A DNA stretch of 64,000 nt from the human T2T-CHM13v2.0 reference genome, Homo sapiens, in the NCBI RefSeq assembly GCF_009914755.1, contig NC_060939.1; one strand, given 5' to 3'. Made by a program: the position numbers and the translations under genes. The notes beneath the pieces are model-generated. The model was not told the DNA's origin and ran no database searches. It saw only the letters and a list, made by a program, of their open reading frames with translations. Of this stretch, positions 51,410-64,000 are shown one piece after another (the stretch's first letter is position 1; every line of letters begins with the position of its first letter).

Positions 51410-52859
51410 AAACAGCTGCTTTGACAAGCCTGCTTTCCTTACCCAGCCCTAAATCCCTACCTGCTCTCTAAAAATTTCCATCTTTAAACTGGTTGTACCT
51501 ATAACCCTCCCTCCTCAAATAAACAAACAAACCCTGGCAACCCACAACCTAATATTTACTGTATACACAAGCTTTCGGAAATATAACTTGCATGGGTGGG
51601 GGCTGGTGGCCGCATCCCCTCCTCCTTCTGGTAGCCGCTATCACCCTATAGGGCCGGCAGAGCAGATCTGACCAGGTAGCCTGAGTCTGGAAGTGCGGCA
51701 GAGCCTCCTGCTCGTTCACCCTCACTAGGGCAGCAGCTGCACCGCAGCAGCTGGGTTCAACTCATTAAGCAAGAAGCCCTGGGCTGGACAATAACACTCA
51801 GACACCAGCCTGAGCAAGCCTGGCTGAAAGCCCTCCTTCCTTCTGGTCCGACTACGGAGGGAGAGGGGCAGAGAGTACACAGCTCTCCAGCCCTCCCCAT
51901 CCTGGGGCTGTGCGTCCTCCCAGGAGATGGAGCCAGTCATTAATTTGGCCAAAGCCTTCCTGAGGGCTGTAGGTTTGACAGGCTGGGTGTGTGTGGGCCA
52001 ACCGTGCTAGAGAGAGAGTCTGGCATTTCAGAAGGCAGCTACCTGGCCAGAGGAGGGTCAGCCCCCTTGGTGGTCTCTTTCCCCTGGCTGGACACAGCGC
52101 CCTGCACTCTCCCCTTGTGAATGTTCCCCCAGAGCTTCTTCCAGGGACGGAGTTCTAACCCTGTGGATGGGGACATGGGAAGGTTTACAATAGGCCATGG
52201 TTCCCTCTGACATCTCCAACTCAGAGGCAGCAAAGAGAAGAGAAATTCCCAGGCACCTCCTCCCTCAGCACCCCCACCTCTGCCCCACATCCACATATGG
52301 ACAACCTGACAATGGTACCTGTGAATGCTGCCATCCACTCCTCCTTTCCATGCCTGCAGCAGCCACGCCCACTGTCCATCCCTCACCAGCCTGGCTCAAT
52401 AGGTGCTGCACTGCCTCTGGTCCTGCCCCTACACCTGGGCCTCTCTGTACCTATCAGTTCCCCCAGTCTGGTTTTTACTTCTCCCAACAAGTAAGAAGCA
52501 TGTAAGGTTATCTGAGCAGTCTAGGGGAGAGAATAGGGTGGGGCTGTAAAGACAAGGAGGAGAAGCTTATGGTCATGCTGGAGACCCAGCTGAGCAGAGT
52601 CTACAGCAGGCCCATTGGCTGCCTACCCAATGGTCATCCTGCTCCTACCCTCATTTCTTCTTTGTTATAACAAAATCATGACTTCATTAAATATTGGACA
52701 CCTATGAACTTCATGGACCCTTCTGCAGCCTCCCTGACACGTACTGGTAAGTCTAAGTCAACTATAGTAGTTTCATTCCTTTGACCAATGATCGCCTGGG
52801 GCTTGGGCATGAGCGGCCTCTCCACCTGAGCCTGAGCCACAGCTGCCCTCTGCACCTAC

Positions 52860-53008
52860 CACGCTGATAAGCTGGGCCAGGGAGAGCTGCAGCTTGATGG
52901 AGATGAGCTGTGAGGAGCTGGTGGCTGGGCGGATCAGGTTATTGTAACGGGTTTTGTTCAGAAGGTCGTCCATCAGCTTTTCCTCCGCATTGGCCACGCG
53001 GCAGTTCC
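52860..53008 (-). CDS. CHRNB4: nAChR beta4, exon 2 (149 nt, NCRVANAEEKLMDDLLNKTRYN...QLISV)
   Basis: ORF 52773..52997; ttctcag|GGAACT and GTG|gtaggt. Confidence 0.97.
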
Positions 53009-53170
53009 CTGAGAAAACACACAGTCAGACCTGCTGGGCCCTTGTGCACCTGACCCCCACTGCAGCCTGTGGCAGCAGGGAGAGCTGAGAGGGAGCACAG
53101 GTGCCCTTAGGGCTGGCTGAAGCAGCGAAGGTGCTGGCAGGCCTGTCTCTCCTTGAGGACTTCAAATTAA

Positions 53171-53628
<458 letters not shown>

Positions 53629-54593
53629 TAGTCCTATCTTTTACCTTCCAAGTCCCTCAGTCTGTTCTCCTTATCTCTACTGCTACAGCCATGTCCCCAC
53701 CTCCCCACCCCTGCCCTCCTCCTGGTCTCTCCACCCGCAGTCTCTCCCTGCTATCCATGTACCATACAGTGCCAGAGTGGTCTTTCTACAGCAAACTGGT
53801 CTAGGGCCCTTCCCTACCCACAACTCTCAGAGCTGTAGGTGGACTTAAAAATCAAATGTTTTGGCTTGGCGTTCAAGGCCCTTTCCCCACTGACACTGGC
53901 TTATCTTTCTCAATCTGATTTTCTCCCACCTCTCTACCTCTACCCCAGATACTCAGGTACTCTCTCTTCTGGCCATAGCCTACTGTTTGCCTTTCCCCCT
54001 GTGACCTTCACTGTCTCACTTCCTGTTTTTTCCTTTTTTTTTTTTTAGAGACAGGGTCTTGCTATGTTGCCCAGGCTGGTTTCAAGTGATTCCTCCTGGA
54101 TTCAAAGGATCCTCCCACCTCAGCCTCCTTAGTAGCTGGGACTACAGGTGTGCACCACCACACCCAGCTTGTCTCACTTCTTTGAACAGACTCTTTCTTC
54201 TGCCAAGATTGCCCCCAGCCCACCAGTTATGAATTATCTGAGGGTCTATCTTGTGCCAGGGACTTTACTACATTTCGAGGGTAACAGCAAGCAAAAACCA
54301 GAAACGGTTCCTGACACCAGAGCACTTACAGTGCAGGGGAGCAGCCCCATTACTCACATGTGAGTTTGGGTGCAGAAATGGGTACGAGGTGGTGCTTTCC
54401 CTAAGAAGAAACAGAGCTGAGATGGAGGGGATTTTCCGGGTTCAGACTTAAACCTACAGAGTGTAAGGTCCCTCTGAGACACCAAATGGAGGGGTCCAGC
54501 TGGCAGCTGGCTCCTCATCTGGAGCTTCGAGGAGAGGTCTTAGCTCAGAGCCATATGCAAGACCCAGCCTAAATACCGCCTCATGCAGGGAGC

Positions 54594-54979
54594 CCCCCTG
54601 ACCTTCCATAGCCTCAAATCTGCCCCTCTGCATACCCCCGATCCCTTGCCAAGTGGCATTTGGGTCTTTATGTCATCTCCCTCACCTGTCTGGGAGTAAA
54701 GGTGAGGTTCAGGGACTTGGGCTTGTGTACTCTAGTGTCTTCAGGGAGAATGTGTAAAGCATAGAGGGGGCAGCTTGGAAAAAGGGAGACTCAGAGGAGA
54801 CTCAAGGACATCTGAGGAGGCAAGCCTGGGAGGAGGAAAAGAGATGAGAATGAGCAGAAGAAACAGTGCTGGGGCAGGGAAGCAGGTGGGAGGATCAGGG
54901 AATAAGAGGGGCTGGAGAGGTGGGGGTGGGCATGCTGGTGAGGGGCTGCCTGGCTCGCCAGGCTCAGGAGTCGATTACA
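54594..54979 (+). repeat. Copy 2 of the 386-bp local direct duplication
   Basis: offset exactly 3570 bp from copy 1. Confidence 0.92.
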
Positions 54980-56444
54980 TCTTCCTGCAAGGGCCAGTTC
55001 ACCTAGTTGCACCAAACCCCTTCCTCTGTGGGTAGGGCCAGAGGGCCCAGAGCACAGACCAACCCAATTAGGCAGGCCTGAGGTGGACTTAGGGGTGGGT
55101 GCTGGGCTGGACTCCTGGTTGTGGGGAGCAGCCGCCACCCTGCCGACTTCATCCACTTTCCAACTCGCTGCCTATCTGGAACAGATGCAATATTTAGTGC
55201 CTTGTGAAAGATGCTCCTAGTGCACCTGCTGCCTGCTGCCCCTCCCCCAGGCTGCCCTGGGCTCTCCAGAGGGGGGTCCTATGGATGCTTGGCCTAGATT
55301 CTGAGCCCTGCTTCTTATATCCAGGACCCCTTTCCCAGAGGCCAGCTGCTTGAGTACCCTGGAAGCCAGTCTGTAGCCCCAGGCTAGAGCTGGGTCCCTC
55401 CCACAGCCCTTCTTTAGCATGTTTGTTTGGACTGACTTATTTCATAGAGAGGGGTGTGTCTTGCCCAAGCCCATCTGGCATGTCTGAGGCAGCTCTGGGG
55501 TCAGAATCTGCAGCTCCCATCCCCCAGCCCTGCAATACTAGGGGAGGCTGGATCCCACATCTCTGAAGTCCCACTAGGCTGGTCTGACGGGGCTCCCAAG
55601 CGCAGGGCTGCTCTGCAGGCTGTGGGGCTCATGCTCCAGCTCCGAGCCCACCTGATGTGCCCGGGTGGCTCACCTTTGGGCCTGTCCTGCCTCTCAGGCA
55701 TTCAGCTGACCCGGAGGGACTCCCCCATCTTGACCACCAGCTGTGGGCTTGAGTTAGAGGTTCCCAGAACTTTAGACCATTTAGCCCAACCCCCTATTTC
55801 TCAGCTGGGGAAACTGAGACCAAAGAGGGAAGAAACTTTCTCAAGTGCCCCCAGCAAGTCAGAGGAGGAACCAGGTATAGGAGCCTCTTTCCGACAGAGG
55901 TCTTCCCTGACCCCTGAGCCTTCTTCAGTGCCTCATTAGCTTCCCTGTAAGGAGACTGCCCCACAGAGCCTGGAAATGGTGCTGTCCCGGGCAGTGTGTG
56001 CCCATGACTGCGCCTGTGTTTGTACTTGTGAGTGTATGGCCGGGGGGCCGGGGGGGGTGGTGCACTGAAGGGTGGGAATAAACAGCAGGGATACTGGGGA
56101 CTGGAATGCACCCCACTTGCCCCCCAAAAAGGGGCGGCGGAGCCCAGCCCAGCCCAGCACATGCTTAGACTTTCCAATCTACTGAATGTCTGTGAGGCCT
56201 GCTGGGCTCAAAGGACAAGGAACAGGCCTTTCACCCCCAGGTGGCAGGGGTGGCCCAGGATGGGTGGAAGCTTCTGCAGCACGGTCAGGGGTCACATCCC
56301 AGCCCATGGGCTGACAGTTAAACAGAGAAGCCGCCACTAGGGGTCAGTCATGATTCAATGATTCTGATGAGGAGTGGGCCCCACCAGCCTCTGCCCAGGG
56401 TTTTGTCTTCCAGGCCTTCTTGGGAAGAATTGTTCCCTGCCAGA

Positions 56445-57572
<1,128 letters not shown>

Positions 57573-58099
57573 ATATATTCCCTGACTCCTACCTCCTGCC
57601 TCCCCTATGGTGGGTCTCTATCCAAGGAAGAGGTAGCCCTGGTCCTCTAGGCTGACTGGGGCTTGGAGGAAAAGCCTGGGTGACTGTAGGAGCTAGAAGG
57701 GCCCTTGGAATTCAGGTGGGGAAACTGAGGCCCTGAGAAGGCAGTCCTCACATTTGCATTCTACCTGGAGAAGGGCTGGGTCTCCTTCCTGAGTGGCAGG
57801 CCCAACTTCACCAGCCTGGCCCTCAGTCAAGCTGGCTGTCCAGGCCCGGCACACCTCGGGTGGGTGACCAGAGGCAGCGGTGCCATAAAATGTGTTTGCT
57901 GGGAGATCCACCCCCAAAGCACAAAACATTCCAGGGCTGCTGATTTGGGCAAGCCCCCTTCCTTCTCGGCCCAGTGTCCCCATCTCTACCACCGCTGTGT
58001 GGGAGGGGACTTCTCTCTAAGGCTGAGCAGCAGATTCGCTCCCAAGCGCCTACACCGCCCAGGTGGCCGGCTCCTCTGCACCCACGCTTCAAGAAAGTC

Positions 58100-59090
58100 A
58101 CCTCTTAGGCAAGGAAGGAGCCTCGGCCCTGTTGGGAGCGGGAGTCGGTATACTCCCAGCCTCCCAGACTGCTGGGGATGACCCGCGGTGCCTGCAAAGC
58201 CGGTGTCATCCAGCCCACTGCCCAGCCCACAGACACTCGCCCTGGAGGGTGGCCCTGGCCCTGGCAGCGGCTCCGAGAAGAGGCGGCCCCCACTCCAAAC
58301 CTGGCAGACCCACCCACGCAGGCCCGCCCCCGCTGCCTCAGCGAGTGGGCTCAGCCCTGCCCACGCCCCCATCTGGCCGGGACAATCTCGGGCCACTCCC
58401 CCGGGCGCAGGGCACCCTCCCTTCCCTCCCACCTGTGGCCAGTCCAGCCCCTTTCAGCCCAACCCAGGCGCCCCTCCCTCCTTCCCCGAAAAGAACTCAC
58501 CGCGCCCGCAAAGGGCGACCAGGAAGAAAAGGACCAGGGAAGGCGCGCGCCTCATGGCCGGCGGGGCCGGGTGGCAGCCGCCGCGAGCTCCGCTGTGGGG
58601 TCACAGGGCACCCGTGAGCCGCGCGGTCGAGTGAGCGCCGGTCCTGGCCCCCGAGGTTTGCTGGCGGGGCGGCGCTCACTAGGACCCCGCGGAGAGCCCC
58701 GCCGAGCCCCGCCCACTCAGGGATGTACTGGGCCCGCTGCTCCGCCCCGACGCCCCCTGGGTGGTCTGGACCCCACCTGCCGCCTGGCTTCCCTATCTCT
58801 TCGGGCCTCGCAACCTTCCCCCAAGGAAGGCAGGCAGGACAGTGCGGGCACCCTTGGTACAGCTGGGGAGACTGAGCCCTCGAGGGCGGCGGACGCTAGC
58901 GCAGGATCCCTCTACTGTTGGGGAAAGAGCATGTGCTTGAGCGGGGAGGTCCTTGGGCTTTGCCTTCCCTCACCTCGAAGACGCTTTTAGGCAAATGAGT
59001 CATCTCAGGTTCATTCGCATGGGGTTTGCTGAAAGAAAGGACACTGCTGGGTGAGCCGACGCGAGGGAGCGCTGCTCTCTGCAGACTTTG
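58100..59090 (-). promoter_or_regulatory. CHRNB4 CpG island / GC-box promoter
   Basis: CpG-rich span around exon 1; GGCGGGGCGG at about 58663-58672. Confidence 0.8.
58501..58555 (-). CDS. CHRNB4: nAChR beta4, exon 1 coding part (signal peptide MRRAPSLVLFFLVALCGR)
   Basis: ccggccATGA, GCG|gtgagt donor, inside a CpG island. Confidence 0.96.
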
Positions 59091-60199
59091 CAGGGAGGAC
59101 ACTTAGGAAAAGTGAGTGGAATCTGGGAGGGTGAATAGCTCAGGGCCCCTCACCCAGCTTGGGGGCTGGGGAAGGAGCAGAGTTAAAAGGGAATGGGGCT
59201 GGAGTGGGCTGGCCTCGTCCTCCCCCATGGGCCTTCCAATCTGGGCTGAACAGAGGCCGCTCAGGTGATTCAAGCACATCCCTCTACTAGCCAGGGTGTC
59301 CTTGACGCGTTTTTGGAATCAGTACCATTCCCTTGCGGGTGGGGGGACAGCCCCCACCTCGGGAACTGCAGCCTCAATTCTGGATCTAGAAGGGCCTGTG
59401 GCAGCTTCTCCAACTCTCTCAGTCCGGTCCTCATACCTGCTCCCTTGTGTGGGCCCTAACAGGCAAATCTGACAACTGGAGGAACAAGACAGGAAGGGCG
59501 GGGTCTAAGGGAACCGCCTGTAAAAAGGCAGCTTTGCCACCTTATCTCCAGGACTCTCAGTCTTGCTTTCATATTGCTCCCCCCACGTCATTTTGCTATA
59601 ATCTGACATGTTGACATATGGTCTTTAAAAACAACAACAACAACACTGTTGAAGTGAAGCGGACTTCCCCTTTGGGATGCTTTGGAGAAGTTAGGATTGA
59701 GGGCATCCTCTCTTCTCCAAACTGCAGCAGTAATAGGTAAGATATGTAAAGTAAATAAAGACATGGCAAGGCTGGAAAATAGGATAATCATCTCCATGAA
59801 CCAAAACCAGAAAAGAAATGCAAAGTGGTTGGAGGCTGAAGAGCCTGGAGCCTGTTGGGCTTTGGAAACCAAAGACAGTGGCAGGTCCTTTGGGATAAGC
59901 GGGGACCAAAAGACTCTTGGCTAGAAGCTGGGAGCTTGGGTGTATGCCAGTACTTGAAAGGATGCTGGGAGCGGGAGGCCTGCTGCTGATCCGTGGTCTG
60001 TATCCCTGGCTTTATCGGATGTGTACATCCCCAATATACCCAGGACAGGAGCTTGGAAAGGACATAAAACCTGGAGGCCACTGCAGAGCTGTAAAAGTTA
60101 GGCTAGCAAAGGGGATACGATGAAATAGGTTTTTATAGAGCTTTGACATGTATTTTCTTTAAATAAAAAGAAGAGCTAATTATCTATTGAGAATAATAT

Positions 60200-62250
<2,051 letters not shown>

Positions 62251-62375
62251 CCAAGAACAGTGTGCAGACACCGCTGGTGCCCTCTCCATACCCCTTGGCA
62301 TTGCCAACCACATATATGCCAGGGAGCTGATGCTTTTAAGAGCACCCTCAGTGTATTCATCATGCCTTTTCATTT

Positions 62376-64000
<1,625 letters not shown>

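Overview
Human (primate) genomic DNA containing the chr15q25.1 neuronal nicotinic acetylcholine receptor cluster. It holds the 3' part of CHRNA5 (+ strand, coding exons 3-6), all of CHRNA3 (- strand, 6 coding exons, 504 aa in this haplotype) and all of CHRNB4 (- strand, 6 coding exons, 498 aa). I reconstructed every exon by hand with GT/AG boundaries and consistent phases. Introns are dense in Alu, MIR, L2, old L1, MaLR/ERV LTRs and hAT MITEs. A full-length but dead L1PA3/4 sits inside an AluY in CHRNA3 intron 4. The haplotype reads as the smoking/lung-cancer risk background (alpha5 Asn398, alpha3 Tyr215 TAT). Main unexplained structures: (1) an L1 antisense ORF0 whose second splice donor is in phase with CHRNA3 exon 5; (2) an antisense dual-coding overlap of CHRNA5 exon 6 with an alternative CHRNA3 last exon; (3) a ~150-bp non-Alu inverted repeat and a 386-bp direct duplication in CHRNB4 introns; (4) inverted Alu pairs bracketing the large exon 5 of the paralogues; (5) a probable ~794-bp Alu-bounded segment and a 22-bp G4-forming repeat unit that appear extra relative to my recollection of the reference assembly. 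No prokaryote-type system (CRISPR etc.) is present. rsIDs, RefSeq isoforms and reference distances are quoted from memory and need verification.
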